Positions 38,226 to 51,254 are shown, counted from the first letter of the stretch. The stretch is 64,000 nucleotides of DNA from Octopus bimaculoides (GCF_001194135.2 NC_068991.1:72753741-72817740), one strand, 5' to 3'. Notes: a model not told the origin generated them from the sequence alone. A program made the numbers and translations.

Positions 38226-38362
38226 GGTGGTATTTTTTCAGCTTCCGTCGACCAGATCTACTCACAAAGTTTTAGTCAACAAGGTTTTAGAAGACACTTG
38301 CCCAAGGTTCCACACAAGGGCACTGAACTCGGAACTATGAAGTAGGGAAGCAAATTTCTCAT
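38100..38362 (-). mobile_element. SINE family B (diverged, short gap inside)
   Basis: Tail and head segments recognisable. Confidence 0.8.
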
Positions 38363-39012
38363 GCTTGATTAATTGAGGCAGAGTGAAGTTGTTTCTGCTA
38401 GACCCCTCTGGAAGAAAAGCCTGAAAACTCTATTCTAAGGACCCTTTTAGGAATTGTGGGTGGAGAAGATGGACGAATGAAGCTAGTTTTGCATATTTAA
38501 TGTTGTAAGTAGTGTTAGAAATACTTATGCAGTGAAGAAAATGGCAATGCTAGTGAAGGAACAACATTTTTTAATTGTAGGAAGTACATGATATTCCTTC
38601 GGAATGAGGCTAATCCATGTTTGGAAGTGTCTTCTATTGTCGCGAGGATTAATGGATTATAGGCGTGAATAACTAATATTCCTTTTCTTCTCTCTCTAAT
38701 TATTTCTCATTAGATATTCAATTAAATATGGTAAAAGTAACTTTACTATTATTTTCCTTTTGGATAGAAACTCTGGGCAATTTCTCTCTGTAAAATATTC
38801 TCTAAAATTTCGTTGTCGAGGGATAATGAGACAAATCTGGAGATACGAGTGCATGTCATCGAAGAGAAATCTGCCATCCTGAATGATTGATCGATCGAAC
38901 GGTTGACATGAAGCAGTCAATTAGTTAACTGGTTAATTGATTAATTAGTAGAGTGTTAAGAATGTTTTCTTTATTATTTTCCATATTATTTTCTTTATTG
39001 AATAAAAATTTA

Positions 39013-39024
39013 ATAATAATAATG

Positions 39025-39073
<49 letters not shown>

Positions 39074-39113
39074 GAAGAAGAAGAAGAAGAAGAAGAAAAA
39101 GAAGAAGAAAAAG
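39013..39113. repeat. (TAA)n-(GAA)n microsatellite
   Basis: Visible. Confidence 0.95.
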
Positions 39114-39116
39114 AAT

Positions 39117-40048
39117 AACAAGAGCTCTCAGAGAGCGCAAACCTCCATCAATGCAACACCAACGTCTTTTCAACGATTAACCGGAGATTATTTTTAAAAT
39201 GAGAATATCTGAAATAAAAAATCGACTGCTCTCACAAACGAGAATACTAAAAATAAACCCGACCGCTCTCAAACGGAAAAAATAATCCATATACCTTGTC
39301 CGGTACCTGATCGACCCCAATGGGAGTCATGGAATGTGCAAGTGGGTGCGCAGGCCGTATTTGTAATGTTGTGTGTGTGTCGTCTGGGTAATGAAAATAT
39401 TTGCATGACTTGAGCGCATACATGTCGATAAGTCTTTGGGAATCACTACGTAAAAGTTTGGGAAACGTTGGTTGAAATGCAACAGGAACTTTGGTAGGGA
39501 AACGTAATTGAACATAAAAATTATAATTGTAATGAAATGCATACGGTATCGTGGTCTAAAATTCCGGTCTTCCTTTAGTAACCCTATTGTTTTAGATCGA
39601 TGCATAGAATTATGTATATAAGTACACTGTAAAGTGTTAAAATGTATGTATAATCTCCTAATATAACAATGAGCGTTGTCTTTTTATATATCTGTATATA
39701 TATATNNNNNNNNNNNNNNNNNNNNNNNNNNNNNNNNNNNNNNNNNNNNNNNNNNNNNNNNNNNNNNNNNNNNNNNNNNNNNNNNNNNNNNNNNNNNNNN
39801 NNNNNNNNNNNNNNNNNNNNNNNNNNNNNNNNNNNNNNNNNNNNNNNNNNNNNNNNNNNNNNNNNNNNNNNNNNNNNNNNAGCCGGAGTGAAAGGTGAAG
39901 GTAGAGGAGATAAATGGTAAAGAAAGCATCGTATGAATGAGAAAGGAAGGGGTGATAGAAACGAAGGAAGGAGTGAAAAAGCCGATAAACGGCGTTTGAT
40001 GTGTGAGTATATGTGTGTGTAAAAGAGAGGTATGTTTGCGTGCATGTG

Positions 40049-40087
<39 letters not shown>

Positions 40088-40343
40088 CGTGTACAAAGGT
40101 ACTATGTGAAACTTTACATATACATGTAATGTAGAGAAAATATAAAAAATAATCCAGTGTCCTTGTCTGGTACCGGATCGATCCCAAAATCTAATCAGTT
40201 CGTTCCAGTCACGGGCCAAACATCCCTGAAAGTTTCATCCGAATCCATCCCGCAGTTCTTGAGATATCTTGTCCACGGACAAACAAACAAATAAACACGA
40301 CTGAAAAAGAATACCTCCACCTTAGCGAAGGCGGAGTTAATAA
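39117..40343 (+). mobile_element. Helentron-associated non-autonomous element (HINE-like) with internal extra sequence
   Basis: 5' end aacaagagctctcagagagcgcaaacctcc. 3' end has (ACAA)n plus the hairpin acctccaccttagcgaaggcggagtt, and the subterminal segments are inverted relative to each other. Confidence 0.6.
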
Positions 40344-40346
40344 TCT

Positions 40347-41120
40347 GTCAATGTCTGAAAAAAGGAGACTTAAAAGGGCCCACTGAGGCATTAGTGTGCA
40401 GTGCTCAAAAATAAACTCTGAGAAGAAACTACTCCAAATATCACATTGATAAAAGCACTGACTCGCCACAGTGTAGGATGTGCTCTGAGAAGGGAGAAAG
40501 TATAAGTCATATTGTTAGTGCCGTAAGCTCGCACGACGCGAATATAAATGGAGACATGACAATGAGGTCAGATATGTCCATTGGTTGTTGTGCGGTGAAG
40601 CAAACCTCGAGAGAGACGAACGATGGTATGAACACAAGACGGAGGGAGTAATGGAAAACGAACATTACAAAATACTCTGTGATTTTAACATCCTGTACGA
40701 CTAAGTCATAGAGGCGAGACAACCAGATATCGTGCTCGTCCATCAAGATGAAAAAGAAGTAAAGATAATAGATGTTGCAATACCAGGCGATTTGAGGGTG
40801 AAATGTAAGGAAACAGAAAAGATTGAGAAATACCAGCCACTGTGGGACGAGATAGGAAAGTTATGGTGCATGAATAAAGTAATGGTGATACCGGTGGTAA
40901 TTGGAGCATTAGGAGCAGTTTCCAAGGGTTTTGAAAAGCATATGAAGAATATTGGAACTGCTCTCAGGGTCGAAGTCATCCAGAAGACAGCAGTGTTGGG
41001 TACAGCTTGCATTCTAAGGAGAGTATTGTCTCTTTGAGTCACAGGAGAAGGGACTACTTGAAACCTTTGCCTAATTTCAAGTAAAGAATAACCGGTAATT
41101 AAGCTTTCATAAAAAAAAAA
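40347..41120 (+). mobile_element. 3' end of an R4/Dong-like LINE: CCHC knuckle plus restriction-like endonuclease
   Basis: KKGDLKRATEALVCSAQ, QCRMCSEKGESISHIVS, RQPDIVLV..KEVKIIDVAIP (PD..D), KIEKYQPL, IPVVIGALG, ILRRVL* (stop at 41037), then an A-rich tail. Confidence 0.9.
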
Positions 41121-41144
41121 ATCAAATAAAAACAAATCATAATC

Positions 41145-41335
41145 GTCTCTAAGATAGGCACAAAGCCTGAAACTTTGAAAGAGCCAATTACTGTACCATA
41201 TCGACGCCAGCACGTAACTGGTTCATAATTTATCGACCGTCGAAAGGATGAAAGCAAAGTCGACTATGGCTGAATTTGAAATCAGAACGTAAAAGTGGAC
41301 AAAATGCCCCAAAGCATTTTGACCGTCGCCTTCAT
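41145..41335 (-). mobile_element. SINE family A (diverged)
   Basis: gaaaggatgaaagcaaagtcgac...atttgaaatcagaacg. Confidence 0.8.
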
Positions 41336-42301
41336 ATTAATAAAGTGAATTAGAACCAGTTCGAGTTTTATCTTTATTGGTATACAATAACAGACTGTAA
41401 AATACTTTAGAAATAATTAACATAAGCTTAATTTCAATGTTTTTCTCAAGATCGTATTGCGCGGCCTACAGCAGAATATCAAATCCTGTGATTCGATCTA
41501 CGTTACTCACACGTAAGTCGAGGCACCGATTATAAAGATTTTATAGGATATAAAAAGCAAAAAAACCCCAAAAAACAACAACAACAGCATAATATAGTGG
41601 AAGCTGTTGATCATGTTCACTTTTGGAAGACCTTGCGCAAATAATAGCCGACTGATTATCTCAAGACGAAGATGTCGCAGTATCAGAATCTTTGATTCTA
41701 AAAAGAGAATTACATAGATTTTCCTTTTTAAAAAGTGTTTGAAGTCCGTTAATTTTTAAATCAATAACCGTTTGATAATTCTATCTGTGATTATGAAAAT
41801 CGACTTCCTCTCTCTCACTCTTCTTGTCTTTTCCATATCTATGCATCGTACAATTGTATACATATATATCCATATANNNNNNNNNNTATATGCATGTATA
41901 GGTCCAGGCTATCAAAGATAGAGAAATCCAGGGATTGTTTTTGTCAGACACGTTCCTGACAATCTTCAAATATTCGCACAGATTTCACATTTATATATAA
42001 AAAGAATTGAGTGAGCAAGTTCTTTTATTGCATTAATTTACAATTGTTTCATCGGTTTTGATCGCACGAATATAGCTATATCATGCAATAATACATGCAA
42101 TCATTGATTTACGAAGTGTCTTTGATACAAATCGATAGAACTTTTATGCATTACTCTGAGTGATCGAATATTCGATGCGTGTTAATAACACGTCATGCAT
42201 TAATAGCTGCATACATTATTGCATATTTATAAGATCGAACTCTGATGAAATAATTATAAATTAATGTAAACAAGGTCTTGCTCATTTCATTCTTATTGTT
42301 A

Positions 42302-42370
<69 letters not shown>

Positions 42371-42471
42371 CATGTATATACACATATATACATACATGAA
42401 TACATAAACGTTTCCCTAACTAGCGCTCGTTTTCTTTAGCTTTGTATTTACAGTTGATTCTATAACATTGT

Positions 42472-42665
42472 TTTTATTCTTTTACTTGTTTCAGTCATAG
42501 GACCACCTAAGCCATCCTGGGGGATGAAGGGTATAATTGATTAGATCTACCATTGTACGTATTTCCAAAGTCTGGTACTTTATTCTACCGAATCAGTTAC
42601 AACCAAACAAACCAGCAGCGCTTGTCAAGCGGCATACGGGGATCAAATTCAAAAACAAGCACTCA
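42472..42665 (-). mobile_element. SINE family B 3' fragment (diverged)
   Basis: ttttattcttttacttgtttcagtca... tail. Confidence 0.65.
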
Positions 42666-42667
42666 CA

Positions 42668-42700
42668 TACGAGGGGGTACCCTCAGGTAACCGGACACGT
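42668..42700 (+). mobile_element. Possible mariner left TIR
   Basis: TACGAGGGGGTACCCTCAGGTAACCGGA resembles TACGAGGG-type mariner termini. No partner TIR seen. Confidence 0.4.
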
Positions 42701-43585
42701 TCTTTGTAGGATAAATCTGTTGTAGTTCAGGCTTCCATCGCTAGAAACCACTTGACGGTGGGTATCGTTACTTTTCCATCCTCCTGCATAACTTTACTTG
42801 GTACATGCTCATACCAGTTGTGAGCTCATCAGTACAACATAACTTGGCATCATGAAATTCGTTGGTCTATTTTCATTTAAAACCTTTAGGAATCATAAAC
42901 GATTGATTTCCTTTTCTAAAATACACTAATATTTATTCCAGTCACCGTTTAATAACATTATCCGTATCTATTATAAGCCGCTTCTACTGTATGATTCCTT
43001 CGTATGATTCTTCCCACATTTCTGTTGTCAATTATTATTGAGTTCATTAATAAATGAAAGATTAAAGTTTGGGTATCTGGAGAGATGGGTCAATAAAATT
43101 ACCAGACGGACAGTCTTCTTCGCGGTATTCCCTTGTGTCAAAAGCCCAATATACTTTCAGCTTTAACACAAATTCAGCTCGGATGGAATGAATTATATAC
43201 ATATTATTAACTATGTTATGAAGCCGCATTAATAAGAGTGAAGAATTCAGAAGCGCTTCATTTGCTTTAAGTTAATGAATTCGCTTTCTCGTTCCCAGGG
43301 ATATAGTTTGGAGAGTGACAATCCTTGTGAACCTTACTTGTTTAGATACACGAGATATTCATTCAGTGTTGAAGTCCACGATTTAAACTTTTTGAGGAAC
43401 TCACGAATAAATATTATTCAGCACAGCTGTTGTAGTGAAACTGTGTAGCATATAACAGCTAATTTGATATTTTCCGCGCCAGCTTTCTGTTAAAATTTTG
43501 AACAGCTTTAAAGTACGGTGATACTATTTCATATGTATTTCCTTATAAGGCGCAGAACCATACAGTCATTTTCCTTTGACTCGCA

Positions 43586-43988
43586 TACTCTCTTTACTCT
43601 TTTACTCTTTTACTTGTTTCAGTCATTTGACTGCGGCCATCCTGGAGCACCGCCTTTAGTCGAGAAAATCGACCACAGGACTTATTCTTTGTAAGCCTAG
43701 TACTTATTCTATCGGTCTCTTTTTGCCGAACCGCTAAGTTACGGGGACGTAAACACACCAGCATCGGTTGTCAATCGATGGTGGGGGGACAAACACAGAC
43801 ATGCAAACACACATACATATATATATATATACACATATATACGACGGGCTTCCTTCAGTTTCCGTCTACAAAATCCACTCACAAGGCTTTGGTCGGCCCG
43901 AGGCTATAGTAGAAGACACTTGCCCAAGATACCACGGAACCATGTAGTTGGTAAGCAAGCTACTTACCACACAGCCACTCCTGCGCCT
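43586..43988 (-). mobile_element. Near full-length, young-looking SINE family B
   Basis: Complete head GGCGCAGGAGTGGCTGTGTGGTAAGTAGC through the (GTAAAAGA)n tail, with a small deletion in the head. Confidence 0.92.
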
Positions 43989-44479
43989 ATGTCCCTCTCG
44001 TACAAAGGTAACCAAAGGTACCGAAACGCTTCCCCCCGGCCCCCGTGAAGCCGGGGCTCGAGATATCAGTGGGCCATCCCGAGTCGAGCGAAACCCCACC
44101 CCGCAGGACTGGTCACGGTCGGGACTGTCCTCGTAGTGCGAGCCGACCAACTCGGCGCCGGTCCGTAACTAGTTGCTGAAGATCCGCATTGGCGTCGATC
44201 CCGGGACGGTATGGTAACATAATTTATTTCATTTACAAATCAGGCTAAGCTAAAATAATCCAGTATTACACATTACAACAGTACACAATACAATCATATC
44301 ACTAAGATGTTAGCAGGGAAACATTGGTCGAATATAAAATGCTGAAATAATGTTTTTTCAGACCACCGGTAGACCCAATAATCTTACAACAAATTACACA
44401 ATTTATAGAAGACAACACTTCACATAAAGGGCGAATGAGCTTACAACACATCACTAGCGACAGCCCACTACAAAAATAG

Positions 44480-44690
44480 GGGTTTCAAATTTTGGTACAA
44501 GGCCTGCAATTTTAGGGAAGGGGACAAGGCAATTATATCGAATCCCAGCATTCAGTTTATTTTAGCGGTCACCGAAAGGATGAAAGACAAAGTTTACCTG
44601 GACGGGATTTGAACTCATAACGTAAAGAGCCAGAAGAAATGTTACTGAATATTTTTCGGATTCTGTAACAATTCTGCCAGTTCGCTGCAA
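44480..44690 (-). mobile_element. SINE family A (diverged)
   Basis: Family body; head ...aattctgccagttcgctgc. Confidence 0.8.
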
Positions 44691-45079
44691 AAAAAAAACA
44701 ATGCAAAAGTAAGGATAAAATATGTCCAAAAACACCGAAAGTCAATCAACGCAAAAACATATATTATAATGCGAGCAAAAAAGAAAAAAAATGAAATCAA
44801 CAAAGAAAAAGCCCTCTTATGTAAACAAAAATATCGCCAGCTTGCATGCTTACTGCCGCGGAGATTTAACAATAGCAATAAATCAGTTTTAAACTGAAAA
44901 CCACACATTTAAAAGAAAGAATTGAATATCCATTGAGAAAACTATAATATTTTTGTGGATTGCTTTGAAAAAGAAAGAGAATCAAAATATTGATAAACAA
45001 CAGGTGAGAGTGCTTATAGGCTTTATCGATTATGACTCTTCTCAAATGTAATAACATTATCAAAAGGTAATAGATCTTC

Positions 45080-45350
45080 ATAAAACCCTTCCCACCGTCA
45101 GAATGTCAAAATTTTGTCATGTTTTCTGCTTTGATTAGTTTCTGCATGCTGATAACGGAATTCGTAATTATTTTCTGTAGAAAAATAACATTAAAGAAGT
45201 CTCAAACCTTCAAAGTTTAAAATTTTAGCCAATCAGGAGCCAAAGGCTTACCCTGACCTTAACCTTCTACCTTTATAATCACCCAGAAATTTATAAATTC
45301 ATTCCTGAAACGCTCGTTTAGCTCATTTTGTGAGATAAAAATGTTGTATT
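45080..45350 (+). mobile_element. MITE-like relic related to 55250-55560
   Basis: Shared blocks tgctga..gaatt..tattt..tagaaaaat and caaagttt..aaatttt(c)agccaatcag. Confidence 0.45.
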
Positions 45351-46337
45351 TGACGAAGAAACAAAAATATACAGCTTGCAGCATTTGTTCAAAGAACCTG
45401 GCCGGAAAGAAGATACAGACAACAGACGGTTATTGTTGCTGTTATGACAGCAACAGACGATAATGCTAATGCTGTTTCAATGAAAGCAGGTCTTTACGAT
45501 ATCCGGTATGTCAGCAATGGAGGTTTCCGTTTAGCTAAAATTTCAAACATTAAAAACTTGTAACAGTTTTATTGTCAAGTTCTGTAGACAATGAATGTGG
45601 TTTTCGTCATCAACATTTAAAGGAACATCAGTGTAAAAAATGTGAAAAATTCTGGGAAAGAATTTATAATATCCATCTTAATTACTCAAACGCATTCATA
45701 CAGGTGACAACCTATACTGATGTTGGTATCCTTTTATTTTACTGTTATTGAATTTGATTATAAAATGCGAGGTTTTCTTTAGAAACAACGATTTTTGTTG
45801 CCTATTCCAACTCTCGATTTCTCTTTCTTACTCCTCTCTACAACGTGGTCATCGAATTACATGTTATACTGCATAGTAATGATTCTCAAAGTAGACAATA
45901 CTGCTCCCTTGAAGAAAGATGGAAATGTTTTCATGGGTTCTGGCGACTGAGGAATCCTAAGGTGGACAAGTGATGCAATTGTATAGTTTCTAAGTAATTG
46001 CCTCCTATTTAAATTCTGACTTAATAAAAATTGAATATATTATAATGAACAGCTTGTTAACCACAATCACAACAACGGCAATAACAATTACAATTATAAA
46101 TCGGAATACGAAGATAAATTCTTACTGGTAGCAATGGAATAAAAGAATATGTAATACAAAGAATACATAACAGAGTGTTGCCGAAACTATTTGTTAAAGG
46201 TTATTTGAAGCGGTGATATGTCAAAATTCGCTTACAGTAGGGTGATCCTGTGGTTAGTAGTGCATAACAGAAATAATACCTGGACGAAGTTAATGTGGCA
46301 TGGCATTATGTGTCCACCACAAGATTCAGTCCTTGTT

Positions 46338-46915
46338 GCGGTGTGGTGGCTTGTGCTCCTCCATTGTCACGAGAGCCAGCGGAACCGAAGATCCTGGTAG
46401 AGCCTTCCATGCTGAACAAGTCAAAGGTCAGCGACTAGAATAATATCGACCGCCTCTTCCTAAAAGTAAAAGTGGGTTTGCATAGGGCCAGAAACCCCTA
46501 CCTAGAAAAAAAAAACAAACAAACAAAGTAACAAAAGCAGCGATATTCAATTCAAAACCAACAAGATCTGGTGGAAGAAGGCCTTTCCTTAAGGAGATAA
46601 TATTGTTAGTCTCCGAGGGAGACAGGTGAGAGGAAGCCCTAAAACAGCTGGCAGCAGGATAGTGAGGTAGAGCTTAAAAAGCAGGGATCCAACTGGAGAG
46701 AACAAGAAAAGACAGTCCAAAGTCAATAGAGTAGAGAAAAGTTGTCGATCGAAGGGCTTAAGTAACACGCGTAGTATGTAAGTGTAAATTAAAGAAAAGG
46801 GGACAGAAAAACTGTAGCAAGGTAGGAAAGGATGTATTGAAAAAGACTTAGAAAAAGAACAGAATGGTTGTTGAAAAAAAGTTTGAGAAACTAAGCGTAT
46901 AGCAATGGATCCACA
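46338..46915 (+). mobile_element. Non-autonomous RTE-derived element (5' UTR fused to 3' end)
   Basis: ccatgctgaacaagtcaaagg...gcatagggccagaaacccctacc resembles the RTE 5' UTR pattern. Followed by tggaagaaggcc.. and a purine-rich 3' part, with no ORF. Confidence 0.55.
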
Positions 46916-48024
46916 TATAGGCAGTGAAAAAACACACACATAAATACAAGCATACATACATACATACATACATACGCACACATGTACACATACATACGTA
47001 AATGCTTATACATCATTTGGAACTTGGACACTGATTACCATTCGTCTAATGTTGTCTTGTCTGTATATGCCTTAGATGGTTCGTCTAAGCCAGATACAGA
47101 CAAAGCGCATACACCATTTTCTATAATAGATACAACAACCCGCTGGTCACTGCTTTCACGTAGTGATAATTAAAAAAAAAAAACANNNNNNNNNNATAAT
47201 TAAAAAAAAAAAAACACTTCCGGTTTTACACACACACACATTGAAGAGAGAGAGAGAGAGAGAGAAAGAGCGGGCGAGAGAGAGGAGTGAAGGGACTGAC
47301 TGAGTGAGTGAAAGAGAGCTCAAATTTCGAAAATTTATAACCTCAACTATACATTTTTCTTTCGTAATCTTTTAAGATATTCTGGTGTGTTAGGGCGTAC
47401 TTGGGGGGTGAATTTAGGGAATAAAATATGCTATTTTATGAAACCCGTGAATTGCAGCCGGCATGTTTCACGATTTTCATAAGGACAGTGGTGCGGTCTT
47501 TTATTTTTGAGTTCTGGTCAGATGAATGTAACACGAAGTTAACATAAACGTAATTTTGCGTTGTGAATAGAAAATGTTTGGAAACTAATGTCCTTGATGG
47601 CGGTTAGGGGATAAAATTACGTTGTATGTAAATGAATTCCTCGTCGAGAATCGATTAGATGCCGAAATAGCTATACATCTGACATTCCTAACAGTATTGA
47701 TGAGCGCAGTAGAAAGAGTAGAAGTACGTTTGTAATGGAGAAACATGCGAAATGATAATTTAATTTCTGGTATTATTAGCAGATAAATTGCAAATGGAAA
47801 ACAAAATGTACAGAGCTAATATGCACAAGGAGAGAAAATTCTTTGTATATTCCACATTAGGTTAATCTAACAAGCCGAACTTGTACAGTTGCTTCTATAT
47901 CAATATTTGCTATGTCATCAGAAAAAAGAAAAAGAAAAAGAAAACCAAATTTGTTTTAGATCTCGTTGCTTTGCTGGCTCATAGTTCGATATGCGTATAA
48001 AATGAATTATATATATGTGTGTGT

Positions 48025-48079
<55 letters not shown>

Positions 48080-48142
48080 TGTGTATGTATCGGAGCTCTT
48101 TCGTTAACGAAATCATTCTAGTCTATGCAATGATTCCGTGTC

Positions 48143-48193
<51 letters not shown>

Positions 48194-49914
48194 GAGTGTA
48201 TGTGTGTATGTGTGTATGTGTGTGTGTGAGTGAATGTGGATATTTGTGTTGATAAATTTGTGTGCAAGCTACCGTGTATATCTATGTATATAGGATTGTG
48301 TTTATTTTAGAATCCGTGCTTGTTATATAAGTGTCACTATTTGTATGTGTGTGAAGCTTTATTTGGGACATTCGTGTATCTGTTTGCGTGGTTCTTTTTA
48401 TTGAATTATGTAAGCGATTGCATGTGCTTGAGTGATTGTGTCTGTATGTGTTTGTGTAAAAGTACATACGAAATTGCATATGCGCCCATGTGTTTGTCTT
48501 TGGATGCTGTCTAGAAGAGGCGATGTAATTTTTCATTTTCAGTATCAGATCCGTTAGTAAGAAAATAACCTCTTAAAACATCGATGTCATTAAATGTGTT
48601 TTAGTCTTGAGGGATGTTTAAAAACCAGCCTCTGCCTTCTGCTGGCCACATCATCCCGCTCGCTCCGGTCGATATTTTCCATCAACTAAAGAAAGCTAGA
48701 TTTTTCCACACTAACATCCGTTTGTGCACTGATCTTGTAAAGAAATTCACCTCTCAAATAGTTTCGTATTGATTTCAGAATAAGAATATTATTTATGTCG
48801 TTGCTTGGAAATATTTGTTTTCATCGAAATACCATTTCTTATCTTCTTCTTTATATCCAATTTATTTAGTATTCGATGAACAAAGCTATGCTGAGTAAAC
48901 ACCATGGTGTTACAGATGAAGAAAAAATATGTAAAGAATGAAAACAAAGTTATTCCCAGAGCACAAACACTGTATATACACACACATATACACACACATA
49001 TACACACACATATACACACACATACTTAGACACATATTCTCATGTACAAACAACACACATTTATAGACGAAGAAAGGCACACAAATAGACTTTCCACTAA
49101 GCGCGCTTTTAGTTTCTGTTTACCTAAACAACCCGCACGACGTGCACCAGTTTCTTTCTCTCCCGCGTTTATTAATTCTAACGAACAATACACACACCTA
49201 CCCCTCATGCATGCCAACACAAACACACATTAATTCAGTTATACATGCAGAACAAACGTAAACATTTTCATTTATTTCTACCATTTAATTATTAAACTTA
49301 CACACACACACACACACACACACACACTGTTTTCATCCAAAACTTAAACAAATCCTCTCAATGAACTCACATAAACATTAAGGATAAACTCTAATTCACA
49401 TACATAAATACATACATCATACATACACACACATATATACTTACATAAATACACACATAATTTGCACACACACACACACACACACACTTAAATATATATG
49501 TATACATATTTAATCTTTTATTCCTTTTACAATGCTCACATTTACAAACAGATGTATTGTAAATATTTTACATCCATCGTGCATTCTCATAAACTCATCT
49601 TACACTTTCCAGTTTCCTATGCATTATCCCCTTGATAGAACCAGCAAACAGTAGACTGGTCGGCTGTATATGTTTGTGTTCTTGTCCATGAGACTTAACT
49701 ACCAATGTCTTAGATATTATGCTTGAATTTCTGAGAAGAGAAATTATTATTATTGTTTAACCGACCATTGTAAGCGAGAATAACTCGGTAGCTTGTACCA
49801 CGATTTCACAAATTACCTTAACGTGCTTGCGCAGTTGTGAGCAGACATAAAATTCTCTCGGACGTCCCGTAGCTTACAATAGCTGGGATGATGTATCTCT
49901 ATTGACTCTCAGTT

Positions 49915-50016
<102 letters not shown>

Positions 50017-50481
50017 AGAAGGGTATGTATATGTGTATATGTATATAGAGATATACATATACACATATACATATTTATGACGAACACTCGCCAAAAACTG
50101 TCGGAACCTTGCGTGGGACACCATTAATTCAGTTTGTAATGAACGCTGTTATTCCTCTTTATACGGTAACTATCTACTTTCCACTCTGACGGGTTACTCT
50201 TTCTCTCACATTCATTGAAAAAAAACAAAAACAAAACCTTTTACTGAAAATCATTGAGATATTCGATGCAGACTTGAATGCACCGTGCACAGATTTGTTA
50301 CAAACAACTTGGCTGGATACGACAACCTAAACAACACCGAAGAAGCTCCGGAGACAAATATCATCGAAAAATGTAAACAAAAATATGATTAGTTGCAGTT
50401 ATAGAAGATGCGGCAACTATAAATTACATTTCTTCTGGGGGTTATGAACTCAATAATGACTCATATAATTGATATGAAATG

Positions 50482-50606
50482 ACAAAGACTGAAGACCTAC
50501 TAATGCTCTCCCAACCAACTCCCCCATCTCCCTCGGGAGAAAGCGGGGAGGGCTGGGTTGGTTGGGAGGGAGCAGAGAGGGCATTAATAGTGGTTTCAGT
50601 TTTTGT
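50482..50606. repeat. ~125-bp imperfect foldback with a G-quadruplex motif in the 3' arm
   Basis: acaaagactgaa..ctactaatgctctcccaaccaac pairs with gttggttgggag..gcattaatag..ttcagtttttgt. Confidence 0.75.
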
Positions 50607-50810
50607 ACTCTGTGTAAGTTTCCTCTGTTTAATACATAAATATTTGTATATTTATACTTGAAAACTCATCGTCTGGAAAGCTTCAGTCTTTCCTTTCTCT
50701 CTCTTCATGTGTATACAGTTATGTATATTTCGTATATCTAACCCAACCAGCTTTATTTGTTCATTTGCATCATCGGCTACACATACACCCCTCCCCACAC
50801 AAATATATAT

Positions 50811-51246
50811 CTCTTTATTGCCCACAGGGGGCTAAACATACAGGAGACAAACAAGGACAGACAAAGGGATTAAGTCGATTACATCGACCCCTGTGCGCAA
50901 ATGGTACTTATTTAAGCGACCACGAAAGGATGAAAGACAAAGTGGACCTCGGCGGAATTTGAACTGAGAACGTAAAGACAGACGGAATACCGCTAAGCAT
51001 TTCGCCCGGCGTGCTAATGTTTCTTATTTCTTTATTGCCCACAGGGGGCTAAACATAGAGGGGACAAACAAGGACAAACAAAGGGATTAAGTCGATTACA
51101 TCGACCCCACTGCGCAACTGGTACTTATTTTACGCGACCCCGAAAGGATGAAAGGCAAAGTCGACCTGGGTGGAAATTGAACTGGGAACGTAAAGACAGA
51201 CGAAATATTGCTAAGCATTTCGCCCGGCGTGCTAACGTTTCTGGCT
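50811..51246 (-). mobile_element. Head-to-tail dimer of SINE family A (both units with the Tx1-like tail)
   Basis: Two units, with junction GGGCAATAAAGAAATAAGAAACATTAGCACG at about 51010-51040 (reverse strand). Confidence 0.92.
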
Positions 51247-51254
51247 TAAAGGGT

